Shown piece after piece: positions 24,939 to 35,454 of a DNA stretch of 48,313 nt. Source of the DNA: Betaproteobacteria bacterium (GTDB lineage Bacteria; Pseudomonadota; Gammaproteobacteria; Burkholderiales; JACQAP01); assembly GCA_039930785.1 (NCBI GenBank), contig JBDTTE010000002.1:1-48313 (forward strand), given 5' to 3'. Below the pieces are notes generated by a model, which ran no database searches, was not told where the DNA came from, and saw nothing but the letters and a program-made list of their open reading frames with translations. Both the position numbers and the translations under genes were made by a program. Every line of letters starts with the position of its first letter. Position 1 is the first letter of the stretch.

Positions 24939-27662
24939 TCAACCCAGCTTGCCGTGGCACTGCTTGTATTTTTTCCCGGAGCCGCAAGGGCAAGGATCGT
25001 TTCTGCCGACTTTCTCGCTGTTGCGAACCACCGGCTGCACCTTTACGTCGGCATTCGCCTTCTCAAGAGCCTCGTCGGGATCTTCGTTCTGGTGATACTG
25101 GACATTCTTGAGTTCCGACTGCTCTTGTTTCTCAACCGCGGCGTCGACTTCCTGGGCTGTCTGGATCCTGACCATCATCAACTGACGGGTCACTTCCAGG
25201 CGAATCGTATCGAGCAGCAGCGAAAACAGCTCGAATGCCTCCCGCTTGTACTCCTGCTTGGGGTTTTTCTGCGCGTAACCGCGCAGGTGAATGCCCTGGC
25301 GCAGATGATCCAGCGCGGAAAGATGCTCGCGCCAATGGCTGTCGAGGAAATTCAGCATGATGGCGCGTTCGTAGTCGCGGACCTTCTGCGGCTCGACAAC
25401 CGAGAATTTCTCGTCGTAATTCGCATGGGCTGCATCGACGATGCGCGCTCGAAGATGCTCTTCGTCGAGGTTATCTTCCTTTTCCAGCCATTCATGGACC
25501 GGAATGCTCAATCCGAATTCGCCTGCAAAGCTTCGTTCGAGGCCGGGAACATCCCATTGTTCCTCGACGCTACCCGGCGGTATGTGCTGCGCAATGACGG
25601 TCTCGACCGCACCTTCGCGCATCGATCGAATAGTGCCGGAAATGTCTGTTGCTTCAAGCAACTCGTTGCGCTGCTGGTATATGACCTTACGCTGGTCGTT
25701 CGAGACGTCGTCGTATTCGAGCAACTGTTTCCGGATATCGAAATTGCGCGCCTCGACCTTGCGTTGCGCGTTCTCGATTGCGCGCGTAACCCACGGATGC
25801 TCGATGGCTTCGCCTTCCGGCATCTTGAGTCGATCCATGATCGCCGCCACTCTGTCGGAAGCGAAGATCCGCAACAGTGGATCTTCGAGCGACAGATAGA
25901 AGCGGCTCGAACCGGGATCGCCCTGGCGTCCGGAGCGCCCGCGCAGTTGATTGTCTACACGCCTGGATTCGTGCCGCTCGGTACCCACAATATGGAGTCC
26001 ACCGGCGTCGATGACCTGTTTGTGCAGGTTCTGCCATTGCGCGCGAATGTCAGCCACGCGCTTTTCCTTGTCTGCGTCGGACAAATTCGAATCGTTGCGA
26101 ATGCGGTTGATATCCGGCTCGGCATTGCCGCCCAGGACGATGTCAGTTCCACGACCTGCCATGTTTGTCGCGATGGTTATCATCTTGGGTCGTCCGGCCT
26201 GGGCGATGATTTCCGCCTCGCGAGCATGCTGCTTGGCGTTCAGTACCTGATGCGCTAGCTTTTCATTCTCAAGCAGCGCAGCGAGGATCTCCGAGTTCTC
26301 GATGGACGTCGTGCCCACCAGGACGGGCTGGCCCTTCTGATAGCATTCCCTGATGTCGTTGATCACGGCCCGGTGCTTTTCCTGGGCAGTGCGAAAAACC
26401 TGATCGAGGCGATCTTCACGAACCATCGCCATGTGGGTCGGCATGATGACCGTTTCGAGGCCGTAGATCTGCTGGAATTCGTAGGCCTCTGTATCAGCGG
26501 TACCCGTCATGCCGGCCAGCTTGCCGTACATGCGGAAATAATTTTGGTAGGTGATTGCCGCCAGCGTCTGGTTTTCCCGCTGTATGCGCACGCCTTCCTT
26601 GGCTTCAATCGCCTGGTGCAGCCCATCCGACCACCGCCGCCCCGGGGTCAGTCGACCGGTAAATTCGTCGACGATGACGATCTCGTCGTTTTGCGCAACG
26701 TAATGCTGGTCCCGATGGAACAGGGAGTGCGCACGGAGCGCCGCGTAGAGGTGATGCATGAGGTTGATATTCGCGGCATCGTAGAGGCTGCCGTTCTCGG
26801 GCAACATACCGGCGCGCGTCAACAAGGCCTCGGCATGCTCGTGGCCGGCTTCGGTCAACAATACCTGGTGCGCTTTCTCGTCGACCGTGAAATCACCGGG
26901 GCCATTCTCTTCCTTCACCCGAGTCAGGTTCGGGACGATTTCGTTCATGCGGTAATACAACTCGGTGCTGTCTTCCGCCTGGCCGGAAATGATCAGGGGC
27001 GTGCGCGCTTCGTCAATCAGGATCGAATCCACTTCGTCGACGATCGCGTAATGCAAGCCGCGCTGCACCCTCTCGGTGGTGAGAAACACCATGTTGTCGC
27101 GCAGATAGTCGAAGCCGAATTCGCTGTTCGTGCCATACGTTATGTCGGCTGCATAGGCTTGCTGCTTGAGTTCATGCTCCATCTGCGAAAGGTTGACGCC
27201 GACAGACAAGCCAAGGAATCTGTACAGACGACCCATCCATTCCGCGTCGCGACTTGCCAGATAGTCGTTTACGGTTACGACGTGAACGCCTTTGCCCCCG
27301 AGGGTGTTCAGATACGCGGGTAACGTGGCAACCAGCGTTTTGCCTTCGCCGGTGCGCATTTCGGCGATCTTTCCGTTGTGAAGTGCGATGCCACCGAGCA
27401 GCTGTACGTCGAAATGGCGCATCCCCAGCACCCGCCTGCTCGCTTCCCGAACGGTCGCGAACGCCTCCACGAGCAAGTTATCCAGCGGTTCGCCGCCGGC
27501 ACCCCGTTGCCTTAAGGTATCCGTTCGGGCGCGCAGCTCCGCGTCGCTCAGTTTCTGAATCGCTGGTTCCAGCGCGTTGATCGCCTGGACTGAGTGGGAG
27601 TATTTCCGGAGGAGCCGGTCATTCCGGCTGCCAAATACTTTTTTGAGAATGCTGTTAATCAT
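24939..27662 (-). CDS. secA: Preprotein translocase ATPase SecA, 907 aa
   Basis: The motifs [15 protein letters not shown] and [19 protein letters not shown] are present. The C-terminal zinc motif is [15 protein letters not shown]. Confidence 0.98.
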   Translation of the reverse strand: MINSILKKVFGSRNDRLLRKYSHSVQAINALEPAIQKLSDAELRARTDTLRQRGAGGEPLDNLLVEAFATVREASRRVLGMRHFDVQLLGGIALHNGKIAEMRTGEGKTLVATLPAYLNTLGGKGVHVVTVNDYLASRDAEWMGRLYRFLGLSVGVNLSQMEHELKQQAYAADITYGTNSEFGFDYLRDNMVFLTTERVQRGLHYAIVDEVDSILIDEARTPLIISGQAEDSTELYYRMNEIVPNLTRVKEENGPGDFTVDEKAHQVLLTEAGHEHAEALLTRAGMLPENGSLYDAANINLMHHLYAALRAHSLFHRDQHYVAQNDEIVIVDEFTGRLTPGRRWSDGLHQAIEAKEGVRIQRENQTLAAITYQNYFRMYGKLAGMTGTADTEAYEFQQIYGLETVIMPTHMAMVREDRLDQVFRTAQEKHRAVINDIRECYQKGQPVLVGTTSIENSEILAALLENEKLAHQVLNAKQHAREAEIIAQAGRPKMITIATNMAGRGTDIVLGGNAEPDINRIRNDSNLSDADKEKRVADIRAQWQNLHKQVIDAGGLHIVGTERHESRRVDNQLRGRSGRQGDPGSSRFYLSLEDPLLRIFASDRVAAIMDRLKMPEGEAIEHPWVTRAIENAQRKVEARNFDIRKQLLEYDDVSNDQRKVIYQQRNELLEATDISGTIRSMREGAVETVIAQHIPPGSVEEQWDVPGLERSFAGEFGLSIPVHEWLEKEDNLDEEHLRARIVDAAHANYDEKFSVVEPQKVRDYERAIMLNFLDSHWREHLSALDHLRQGIHLRGYAQKNPKQEYKREAFELFSLLLDTIRLEVTRQLMMVRIQTAQEVDAAVEKQEQSELKNVQYHQNEDPDEALEKANADVKVQPVVRNSEKVGRNDPCPCGSGKKYKQCHGKLG

Positions 27663-27683
27663 TGCTCACGATGTCCTTAAAGC

Positions 27684-27716
27684 AAGAGGGGTGGGAACGT
27701 CGCTCCCACCCCTCTT
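27684..27716 (-). other. Perfect 13-bp stem-loop in the 78-nt spacer between the M23 peptidase gene and secA
   Basis: The stem AAGAGGGGTGGGA (27684-27696) / TCCCACCCCTCTT (27704-27716) has a 7-nt loop. On the minus strand it is followed by GCTTTAAGGA (a weak U-tract that includes the putative secA SD AAGGA). It lies 21 nt upstream of the secA ATG. Confidence 0.6.
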
Positions 27717-27740
27717 CAGGAATGCTTGATGTCTGTCAGT

Positions 27741-28658
27741 TCAGCCCGGCACCTGAAGGAAGCGGGCCGGATTCTGCGGAGCGCCCCATTGACGCACTTC
27801 GAAATGAAGGTGGGTTCCTGTCGAGCGCCCGGTGTTTCCGACCTCGGCGATTTTCTGTCCACGCAGAACTACGTCTCCAACCTTCGCAATAAGCTTGGAC
27901 GAATGCGCGTAACGAGTAACAAGGCCGTTGCCATGATCGATTTCGATCATATTACCATACTGCGGATGCAGGTCTGCATACACGACCACGCCTCCTGCCG
28001 CCGCCGTAATTGCGGTCCCTTCGGCGGCCATGAAGTCCATTCCCTCATGGAACGCGTTCCATCCGGTGAACGGATCGATTCGCCAGCCGAAATTCGACGA
28101 ATACCAGCCGGTGGCCACGGGCAATTCGGTCGGGAGTAGTTGTTTCTTCGCGTGCGAAAGCGTGAACATTGATTCCAGTACGCCAAGCTTGTCTGTGCGG
28201 TCGTCAACTTGTACCGCCAAGCTATCGACCTTGTCGGTCAACGCACTCATTGACAGTTCTTGCGCGGGAATCGACGATTGGGCGCCCCCGCGGGCGGGCA
28301 CCTGGTCGAACATGAATTCGGTGGGCTTGATGCCTGCCAGCTTGGTGAGACGCTCGCCGAGAGTATCCAGGCGTAGCAATTTGGCCTGCATCTCGCCCAG
28401 CCGCGCCGCCATCGTGTTGAGGCTTTCGCGCAAATAGGACTGCGTCTTCCGGGTCTGCTCGGCCTGTACGGCTTCAAGCAGTGATTGCAGGTACGGGCTC
28501 TGATTGGTCACCGCGTACCGCAAAGAAAAGTAATTAAGCAGGACTGCCAGCGAAACGATGACAAGACCTGTCAGCAACGCAAGAAAAATAATCTGCGCCG
28601 CATTCAGAGAAAAACTGCGGGCCTGCGTCAATTTGTTGGAAACAAGAATAATATTCAT
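27741..28658 (-). CDS. M23 family (LytM-domain) metallopeptidase with N-terminal TM anchor and coiled-coil, 305 aa
   Basis: The TM segment is IIFLALLTGLVIVSLAVLL. The LytM active-site motifs are HEGMDF (HxxxD) and GTHLHFEV (HxH). The SD GGGGGAA lies upstream of the ATG. Confidence 0.9.
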   Translation of the reverse strand: MNIILVSNKLTQARSFSLNAAQIIFLALLTGLVIVSLAVLLNYFSLRYAVTNQSPYLQSLLEAVQAEQTRKTQSYLRESLNTMAARLGEMQAKLLRLDTLGERLTKLAGIKPTEFMFDQVPARGGAQSSIPAQELSMSALTDKVDSLAVQVDDRTDKLGVLESMFTLSHAKKQLLPTELPVATGWYSSNFGWRIDPFTGWNAFHEGMDFMAAEGTAITAAAGGVVVYADLHPQYGNMIEIDHGNGLVTRYAHSSKLIAKVGDVVLRGQKIAEVGNTGRSTGTHLHFEVRQWGAPQNPARFLQVPG

Positions 28659-28694
28659 CCGTTCCCCCGAAACTTCGATTCAGATTCGCATCTC

Positions 28695-29111
28695 ATGACA
28701 GGCACACGCGTCGGCGTATTGCTTAACGACCACCCCGACTTCCGCCCTTTGCGACGACAGGTCGAGCAACTCGCGATCCTGCAAACCGTAATAACCGAAA
28801 TCCTGCCCGCTGGCCTTACCGTGCGGGCCGTCTTGCTGAAAGCCGGCGAATTGACTCTCTACGCCGATAACGGTGCGGTTGCTGCCAAGCTAAAGCATCT
28901 AGCCCCAAGAATTCTGGCCAAATTGCGCCAACGGGGATATGAGGTTACTGGAATCCACCTCCAAGTGCAAACAAGAATTCGCGATAACCCATTGCCAACA
29001 AAACAGATTTGTGTTGGCTCGCAAGGGCGCTCAGCAATCCAGGCGTTGGCGGAGAAGCTTCCTCGCGGCGATTTGAAAGTCGCGCTCTCCCGCCTTGCGC
29101 GCCGAATCTAG
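28695..29111 (+). CDS. DUF721 / DciA-like protein, 138 aa
   Basis: Track ORF 28485..29111, trimmed to the ATG at 28695, because the upstream part overlaps the M23 gene on the other strand. The pattern VRAVLLKAGELTLYADNGAVAAKLKHLAPRILAKLRQRGYEVTGIHLQV matches the DUF721 core. No clear SD is present. Confidence 0.6.
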   Translation: MTGTRVGVLLNDHPDFRPLRRQVEQLAILQTVITEILPAGLTVRAVLLKAGELTLYADNGAVAAKLKHLAPRILAKLRQRGYEVTGIHLQVQTRIRDNPLPTKQICVGSQGRSAIQALAEKLPRGDLKVALSRLARRI

Positions 29112-29112
29112 G

Positions 29113-29331
29113 TCAGATTGCGACGGCAATTCTTTCCAGGGCGAACAGCGCAACAATGATCAACAGGATGAGGACGCCGAACTTCAACAGTTGCCAGCCA
29201 AACCGGAGCCAGCGTTTGTCACGGGTAATGAGATAAACCGCTGCCGAATCACCTACGGCGATAAGCAGCAGAGATCCCAAGAGACGGACGATTATCACTT
29301 GACTGATCGGCGCGAAGCCGGCACGGAGCAA
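29113..29331 (-). CDS. Possible small two-TM membrane protein (72 aa from TTG, or 61 aa from GTG) immediately downstream of lpxC
   Basis: This is a track ORF. It has two hydrophobic helices (VIIVRLLGSLLLIAVG and LLKFGVLILLIIVALFAL) separated by the basic loop TRDKRWLRFGW. The TTG start is 3 nt after the lpxC stop. No clear SD is present, and I recognise no family. Confidence 0.35.
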   Translation of the reverse strand: MLRAGFAPISQVIIVRLLGSLLLIAVGDSAAVYLITRDKRWLRFGWQLLKFGVLILLIIVALFALERIAVAI

Positions 29332-29334
29332 CCG

Positions 29335-30246
29335 TCAGGCGGTTTGCAACTGCAACCGGAGAAACGCAGGCGCTTCTTCCGGTTTAAGGAAGGTTACAAA
29401 TTCCCAGGACGTGGCGTCCTCCATCAGTCGCCGCAGCAAGCTGTTGTTCATGGCGTGTCCGGATTTGAATGCCGAATACGCTCCAATTACCGGGTGGCCC
29501 AGGAGATAAAGGTCGCCGATTGCGTCCAATGCCTTGTGCTTGACGAACTCGTCTTCGTACCTCAATCCGTCCGCGTTCAGCACTCGATAGTCGTCCATCA
29601 CAATTGCGTTATCAAGACTGCCGCCAAGCGCGAGGCCCTGCGAACGCATGTTTTCCACGTCCTGCATGAACCCGAATGTTCGGGCCCGGCTCACTTCCTT
29701 GATATAAGAGGTGTGCTCGAAATCAACTACCACGCGCTTGTTCGAGTGGGCAAAAACGGGATGCCTGAAATCGATGCTGAAATCCACACGAAAGCCGTTG
29801 TAGGGCTCGAACTTGACCCACTTGTCGCCCTGCCTGACTTCGACCGGCTTTTTGATTCGAATGAATTTTTTCGCGACCGGCTGCTCCTCGATTCCCGCCG
29901 ACTGGAGCAGGAAAATGAAAGGAGACGCAGATCCGTCCATGATCGGCACTTCGCCTGAGGTCAGATCGACATAGACGTTATCGATTCCCAATCCCGCGAG
30001 GGCGGACATCAGGTGCTCTACGGTTTGCACTCGCGTGCCATCGCGATCCAGACACGAGGACAAGCGCGTATCGCCCACGGCATAAGGATCGGCCTTGATT
30101 TCGACGACAGGATTCAGATCCACTCGCCGAAAAACTATCCCCGTATTGGGCGCAGCTGTGCGCAAGGTCAGATAGACCTTCTCGCCGGTGTGCAGGCCAA
30201 CGCCAGTGGCACGAACGATGTTTTTCAGCGTGCGTTGTTTGATCAT
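29335..30246 (-). CDS. lpxC: UDP-3-O-acyl-N-acetylglucosamine deacetylase LpxC, 303 aa
   Basis: The track ORF begins at a GTG at 30255. The ATG at 30246 gives [24 protein letters not shown], identical in pattern to the E. coli LpxC N-terminus. The gene is downstream of ftsZ. Confidence 0.97.
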   Translation of the reverse strand: MIKQRTLKNIVRATGVGLHTGEKVYLTLRTAAPNTGIVFRRVDLNPVVEIKADPYAVGDTRLSSCLDRDGTRVQTVEHLMSALAGLGIDNVYVDLTSGEVPIMDGSASPFIFLLQSAGIEEQPVAKKFIRIKKPVEVRQGDKWVKFEPYNGFRVDFSIDFRHPVFAHSNKRVVVDFEHTSYIKEVSRARTFGFMQDVENMRSQGLALGGSLDNAIVMDDYRVLNADGLRYEDEFVKHKALDAIGDLYLLGHPVIGAYSAFKSGHAMNNSLLRRLMEDATSWEFVTFLKPEEAPAFLRLQLQTA

Positions 30247-30309
30247 GGTTTGCACTCAAGCGGTGCGAGCTTGAAGCGCTCTCCCGCGTGGCCGCGTAAA
30301 TATATGATT

Positions 30310-30338
30310 AATATAACATACAGACATGCGATTTGCCA
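30310..30338 (-). promoter_or_regulatory. Candidate lpxC promoter in an AT-rich patch (TGGCAA-17 nt-TATATT)
   Basis: The minus strand reads TGGCAA (30338-30333), a 17-nt spacer, then TATATT (30315-30310). The element is about 65 nt upstream of the lpxC ATG, in the 146-nt ftsZ-lpxC spacer. Confidence 0.35.
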
Positions 30339-30401
30339 GTGCCCGAAATTCGCCGTAATGCAGCAAATCACATGTCCGCCGCGTGCCCTCCCTATATGTG
30401 G

Positions 30402-31553
30402 TCAATCCGCCTGCTTTCTAAGAAATGCAGGGATATCGAGCACATCAAGGCCGGATTGCTTCATTGCTTCCACCGCGGCGTCCCGCGAACGACGACGCAT
30501 GACTGCCGGGGTTTCGAGTTCGCCGTAATTAACCTCAATCAGCGATGAATCGGTTCCGGTCTTCAGCATGGTCAACGGCTTTTGTTGGCGGTGGTTGACC
30601 GCTCCGCCCAAACCTGTCGCCACCATGGTGACCCGCAACCGATCTTCCATATCCTCGTCGATGACCGTACCGACGATGACGGTTGCGTCGTCCGCCGTGA
30701 ACCCCTTGATGGTGTTCATGACTTCGTGGACCTCTTTCATTTTGAGACTCATGCTGGCGGTAATGTTCACCAGGACACCGCGCGCGCCGGCAAGATTCAC
30801 GTCTTCCAGCAAAGGACTCGCAACCGCCTGTTCCGCCGCCGAATGTGCACGATCGAGCCCGGCTGCAGTTGCGGAGCCCATCATTGCCATGCCCATTTCC
30901 GACATGACCGTGCGGACGTCGGCAAAATCGACATTCACCAGTCCCGGGCACTTGATCACTTCGGCGATGCCGGCGACCGCGCCGTGCAGCACGGTATTAG
31001 CTGCCTTGAACGCGTCCAGCATGCTGACGTCCTCGCCCAGTACCGTCATGAGCTTGTCGTTCGGGATCACGATGAGGGAATCGACGTGCCGGCAGAGTTC
31101 TTCCAGACCCTGCTGCGCGATCTTCTGGCGCTTGCCTTCGAAAGCGAATGGTTTGGTCACCACTGCAACCGTCAGGATGCCGAGTTCGCGCGCGGCCTCC
31201 GCCACGATGGGCGCGGCGCCCGTACCGGTACCACCGCCCATGCCCGCCGTCAGGAACAGCATATCCGCGCCTTCGATCAACTCGATGATGCGTTCGCGGT
31301 CTTCCATCGCCGCTTCCCGACCGATCTCGGGATTGGCGCCGGCGCCCAGGCCTTTGGTCACGTTGGGCCCAAGCTGCAGTACCGTCTTGGCCTTATTGCG
31401 CTTCAGCGCCTGCGAATCGGTATTGGCGCAGATGAACTCGACGCCGTCCACTCCCTCGCTAATCATGTGATCCACGGCATTACCGCCGCAGCCGCCCACG
31501 CCGACCACCTTGATGACCGCTTCCTGGGGTTGTGTATCCACGATTTCAAACAT
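30402..31553 (-). CDS. ftsZ: Cell division GTPase FtsZ, 383 aa
   Basis: The tubulin signature GGGTGTGAAP is present. VVGVGGCGGNAV is present. The C-terminal peptide is DIPAFLRKQAD. Confidence 0.98.
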   Translation of the reverse strand: MFEIVDTQPQEAVIKVVGVGGCGGNAVDHMISEGVDGVEFICANTDSQALKRNKAKTVLQLGPNVTKGLGAGANPEIGREAAMEDRERIIELIEGADMLFLTAGMGGGTGTGAAPIVAEAARELGILTVAVVTKPFAFEGKRQKIAQQGLEELCRHVDSLIVIPNDKLMTVLGEDVSMLDAFKAANTVLHGAVAGIAEVIKCPGLVNVDFADVRTVMSEMGMAMMGSATAAGLDRAHSAAEQAVASPLLEDVNLAGARGVLVNITASMSLKMKEVHEVMNTIKGFTADDATVIVGTVIDEDMEDRLRVTMVATGLGGAVNHRQQKPLTMLKTGTDSSLIEVNYGELETPAVMRRRSRDAAVEAMKQSGLDVLDIPAFLRKQAD

Positions 31554-31620
31554 CAGCTGCCTCCTTAAACGAGAAGTTGTGAATCAATAAAAAACAAAAT
31601 GCACCCTTGAATACCGCCGC

Positions 31621-32865
31621 CTAAAAATTCGTTTCGAACCATCGCTTCATGCGCACGACCATCTGTTTAACCGATCCGCTCTGCATTTTTTCGATCTGCT
31701 GTCTTTGGTGTTGGCTCAATCCCGCCAGGATCAACCCGACGCCCGTCGAATAGCGCGGGTTGCGAATGACTTCCGATAGTCCATCGGTGTAGTTCGGAAG
31801 CCCCAGACGCACAGGCATGTGGAATACCTCTTCGCCTAGTTCCACCATTCCCTGCATCGCCGCGCTGCCGCCGGTAATAACGATGCCGGACGAAAGCAAT
31901 TCCTCGAATCCGCTGCGGCGCAGTTCGGCCTGGACGAGTGAGTACAATTCCTCCACGCGCGGCTCGATCACTTCCGCCAGCGTTTGGCGCGACATCTTTT
32001 TAGGGCCGCGCTCGCCGACGCCCGGTACCTCGACCGTTTCCTGCGAATCCGCCAGCTCGCGCAGAGCACATCCATATCGACGCTTGATCTCCTCGGCTTC
32101 CTTGGTGGGCGTGCGCAACGCCATCGCGATGTCGTTGGTTATCTGGTCCCCCGCGATCGGAATTACCGAGGTATGCCGAATGGCACCCTGGGTAAATACG
32201 GCGATGTCCGAAGTCCCTCCGCCGATGTCGATCAGGCAAACGCCGAGATCCTTCTCGTCCTCGGACAGCACGGCCATCGCCGAAGCAAGCGGCTGCAGGA
32301 TGAGGTCATTGACCTCAAGGCCGCAGCGACGCACGCATTTCATAATGTTCTGGGCGGCGGAGACGGCGCCGGTGACGATATGCACCTTCACTTCAAGCCG
32401 CACGCCGCTCATGCCGAGCGGTTCGCGCACGTCTTCCTGCCCGTCGATCACGAATTCCTGGTTCAGTACATGAAGGATCTGCTGGTCGGTGGGAATCGGA
32501 ATTGCCTTTGCAGTTTCGACCACACGATCCACGTCGTTCTGCGCGACTTCGCGGTCCTTGATCGCGACCATGCCGTGGGAATTGAAGCTGCGAATGTGGC
32601 TGCCAGCGATTCCCGTCCAGACGTCGCGAATCTTGCAATCGGCCATGAGCTCTGCCTCCTCCAGCGCGCGCTGGATGGCGTTGACCGTGGACTCGATGTT
32701 CACCACGACGCCCTTTTTTAGCCCGCGCGACGGCGAGCTGCCCATGCCTATGACTTCAAATCCGCCGTCCGCCTTCATTTCAGCGACGATGGCGGCGATC
32801 TTCGACGTACCGATGTCGAGACCCACGATCAGATTCTTGCTTTCTTTTCTTCCGCTCAATGCCAT
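31621..32865 (-). CDS. ftsA: Cell division protein FtsA, 414 aa
   Basis: Track ORF 31621..32907, trimmed to the ATG at 32865 (MALSGRKESKNLIVGLDIGTSKIAAIV), which removes the overlap with ftsQ. The actin-fold motifs are IDIGGGTSDIAVF and the C-terminal amphipathic helix. Confidence 0.96.
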   Translation of the reverse strand: MALSGRKESKNLIVGLDIGTSKIAAIVAEMKADGGFEVIGMGSSPSRGLKKGVVVNIESTVNAIQRALEEAELMADCKIRDVWTGIAGSHIRSFNSHGMVAIKDREVAQNDVDRVVETAKAIPIPTDQQILHVLNQEFVIDGQEDVREPLGMSGVRLEVKVHIVTGAVSAAQNIMKCVRRCGLEVNDLILQPLASAMAVLSEDEKDLGVCLIDIGGGTSDIAVFTQGAIRHTSVIPIAGDQITNDIAMALRTPTKEAEEIKRRYGCALRELADSQETVEVPGVGERGPKKMSRQTLAEVIEPRVEELYSLVQAELRRSGFEELLSSGIVITGGSAAMQGMVELGEEVFHMPVRLGLPNYTDGLSEVIRNPRYSTGVGLILAGLSQHQRQQIEKMQSGSVKQMVVRMKRWFETNF

Positions 32866-32885
32866 GTCGTCTGGATACCTTTTGT

Positions 32886-33605
32886 TCAGGTCTTTTTCCG
32901 GGTCCACTTCAATCCCGGGCTACGAACGGCAAATCCGTTGGAGTAACGAAGGTCGACATAGCTCGCCGGCTGCGGCAGCTTCGCCACCGTGCTCTCGTAG
33001 GCCGCGACGAACCCGGCCAACCGGGATTCGAGGTTGTCGCGCCCCAGCTCGAGCACGACTCCGTCATCGAGCTTCAGCACCCAGGCTCGCCGCGCGGAAA
33101 GCGTGGCGCGTACGATGTGCCGGCCAACCGGCTCGAGCGCATTTTCGAATTCCTGGAATCGGTTCACGACTTCCGGTCCACTTCCCTCGGGTCCCATCAG
33201 CACCGGTAGCGTGGTGTTCACGGCTGCTTCGAAGACTTCGCCCTGTGCGGTCACCAATGCGGTCGAACCCCAGCGTGCGAATGGCTCGTACTCCTCGACG
33301 GTTATTTCGAGCCGGTCCGGCCATTGCCGACGTACGTTGACCCGCCGCGCCCACGGCAGCTTTTCGAAAGCAGCGCGCAACTGCGCAAGGTCGACAGTGA
33401 AAAAATTTCCGCGTAATTCCCTTGTCGCCACGGCTTCGACCTGCTCGTGGGTCACATGCGTCACGTCACCCACCAGTTGGACTTCGCGCAACGGGAATAT
33501 CGGCAGGTGAATCACATAGTGCGTCGCGCCGTAGAGCACCAGCACGACGGCAACGCCGAAGAGCATATTTGCGCTCAACCTCAGAGCCGCCACGTCATCC
33601 CACAT
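32886..33605 (-). CDS. ftsQ: Cell division protein FtsQ, 239 aa
   Basis: The protein has an N-terminal TM segment ([19 protein letters not shown]) followed by a POTRA-like pattern ([17 protein letters not shown]). It lies between ddl and ftsA. Confidence 0.92.
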   Translation of the reverse strand: MWDDVAALRLSANMLFGVAVVLVLYGATHYVIHLPIFPLREVQLVGDVTHVTHEQVEAVATRELRGNFFTVDLAQLRAAFEKLPWARRVNVRRQWPDRLEITVEEYEPFARWGSTALVTAQGEVFEAAVNTTLPVLMGPEGSGPEVVNRFQEFENALEPVGRHIVRATLSARRAWVLKLDDGVVLELGRDNLESRLAGFVAAYESTVAKLPQPASYVDLRYSNGFAVRSPGLKWTRKKT

Positions 33606-34524
33606 GTGCGCTCTCCAATATGCGCAGCACGAGATCGGGAAACGATAATCCTGCCTGTCGGGCCGCCATCGGCACCAGGCTGTGTCCCGTCATGCCCGGC
33701 GACGTATTCATTTCCAGGAACGAGTAAGTGTTGTCGGCACGCAGGATCAGATCCGCCCGACCCCAGCCTTCGCAACCGAGAATTTGAAATGCCTTCAGTG
33801 TCATTTCGCGAACGGACTGCTCGATGGCCGGCGCTATGCCCGCGGGGCAGTGATATTTGGTCTCGTCGCTGAAGTACTTGTTCTGATAATCGTAGTTGCC
33901 TTGGGGCGCCTCAATCCGGATGAGGGGCAATGCCACGTCTCCGAGAACCGACGCGGTCAATTCGCGGCCCTCGACAAATTCTTCAGCGAGCACCATGCGG
34001 TCATGGCGTGCAGCAAGCGCGTACGCGGCTGGCAAATCTTTGGCAGCGAGAACCTTGGTGAGCCCGATGGTCGAGCCTTCATGCACGGGTTTGATGATCA
34101 GTGGCAGTCCAAGCGCGCCTACGAGGGCATTCCAGTCCGTGGCTTCATCCACCAGCCTGTCGTCGGGCACCGGAACACCGAGCGCGCGCCAGATAACCTT
34201 GGTGCGCCATTTGTCCATCGCCAGCGCGCTCGCCATGACGCCGCTTCCGGTGTAGGGAATGCCCATGACCTCAAGCGCGCCCTGTACGGTTCCGTCTTCG
34301 CCGAAACGCCCGTGCATCGCGATGAAAACGCGATCGAAGCGATCTCGCTTCAGCTCCGCGACATCGCGCTCCTTCGGATCGAACGAATGGGCATCGACAC
34401 CGGATTCGCGCAGCGCGCCGAGCACGGCATTGCCGGATAAAAGGGAAATTTCCCGTTCGCCCGAACGTCCGCCCATGAGAACGGCCACCTTGCCGAAACG
34501 CGAGGGATTCATCGCTACGCTCAT
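33595..34524 (-). CDS. ddl: D-alanine--D-alanine ligase
   Basis: [20 protein letters not shown] is present, followed by an ATP-grasp region. The gene forms an ATGA overlap with murB. An alternative ATG lies at 34512. Confidence 0.96.
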   Translation of the reverse strand: MSVAMNPSRFGKVAVLMGGRSGEREISLLSGNAVLGALRESGVDAHSFDPKERDVAELKRDRFDRVFIAMHGRFGEDGTVQGALEVMGIPYTGSGVMASALAMDKWRTKVIWRALGVPVPDDRLVDEATDWNALVGALGLPLIIKPVHEGSTIGLTKVLAAKDLPAAYALAARHDRMVLAEEFVEGRELTASVLGDVALPLIRIEAPQGNYDYQNKYFSDETKYHCPAGIAPAIEQSVREMTLKAFQILGCEGWGRADLILRADNTYSFLEMNTSPGMTGHSLVPMAARQAGLSFPDLVLRILESAHVG

Positions 34525-35444
34525 GCCTCACCCACGATGCGCACTTCGCGCTCCAGCACTACGCCGGTTTCGCGTTCGACCGTTTCCTGCACGAGCGTGA
34601 TCAGGTCTTCGATATCGCGCGCCGTCGCGTCGCCCGAGTTGACGATGAAGTTGGCGTGGACGACGGAAACCTCTGCCCCTCCGATGCGCTTGCCCTTCAA
34701 TCCGCACTGTTCGATCAGTCGTGCGGCGAAATTGCCCGGGGGATTGCGAAACACCGAGCCGGCGTTGGCTTCGGCCAGCGGCTGTGTGGCGAGACGCTTG
34801 GCAAGCAGTTCCTTGATGCGTTTGCGGGCGCGGTTGCCATCTCCATGCTTGAACTGGAACCATGCAGCCACAAAAATTTCATCGCCCGCCTGGAGGGGAA
34901 GCACGCTGCGATAGCCAATCGCGTAGTCGTGCGGTTCGCGGATCTGCAACCTTCCGCTGCGATCCACGGTGCGCACTCTGGCGATTGCGCTCCAGGTCTC
35001 GGTACCGAAGCATCCTGCGTTCATCGCAAGCGCGCCGCCGACCGTGCCAGGAATGCCGGCGAGAAATTCCGCACCTTCGAGATCGTTGTTGGCCGCAAGC
35101 CGCGCGACTTTGGGGTTCGGCACGCCAGCTTCCGCGTAGATCTCCGAATATTCGGAATTTTGCTCAAGCAAGATTTTTCCGAGCACGCCGTGCATGAAGA
35201 GGACCGTCCCGGGGAAACCGCCATCGCGTACCAGGAGGTTGCTGCCCAGACCAACGACGAGGAGCGGCTCATGCTCAGGCAACCTCGTCACGAAATCGCA
35301 CAGGTCGTCGAGATCGGCAGGCGTGTAAGCGCAGTGAGCGGCGCCGCCGGCGCGCCAGCTCACGTGCCTATCCATCGGCACGTTGTGCTGGAACTCGCCT
35401 CGCAATCCACTGGTTTCGATCGCTGCCATCTCGGCCATATCCAT
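34521..35444 (-). CDS. murB: UDP-N-acetylenolpyruvoylglucosamine reductase MurB
   Basis: The FAD-binding pattern is [11 protein letters not shown]...[22 protein letters not shown] is present. The start could also be at 35438 or 35429. Confidence 0.95.
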   Translation of the reverse strand: MDMAEMAAIETSGLRGEFQHNVPMDRHVSWRAGGAAHCAYTPADLDDLCDFVTRLPEHEPLLVVGLGSNLLVRDGGFPGTVLFMHGVLGKILLEQNSEYSEIYAEAGVPNPKVARLAANNDLEGAEFLAGIPGTVGGALAMNAGCFGTETWSAIARVRTVDRSGRLQIREPHDYAIGYRSVLPLQAGDEIFVAAWFQFKHGDGNRARKRIKELLAKRLATQPLAEANAGSVFRNPPGNFAARLIEQCGLKGKRIGGAEVSVVHANFIVNSGDATARDIEDLITLVQETVERETGVVLEREVRIVGEA

Positions 35445-35454
35445 GTTTCTTGAC

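Noticed and set aside
24933-27323. Plus-strand ORFs of 441 aa (24933..26258) and 316 aa (26373..27323)
   Set aside because: They are antisense to secA and have no recognisable motifs. They are shadow ORFs.
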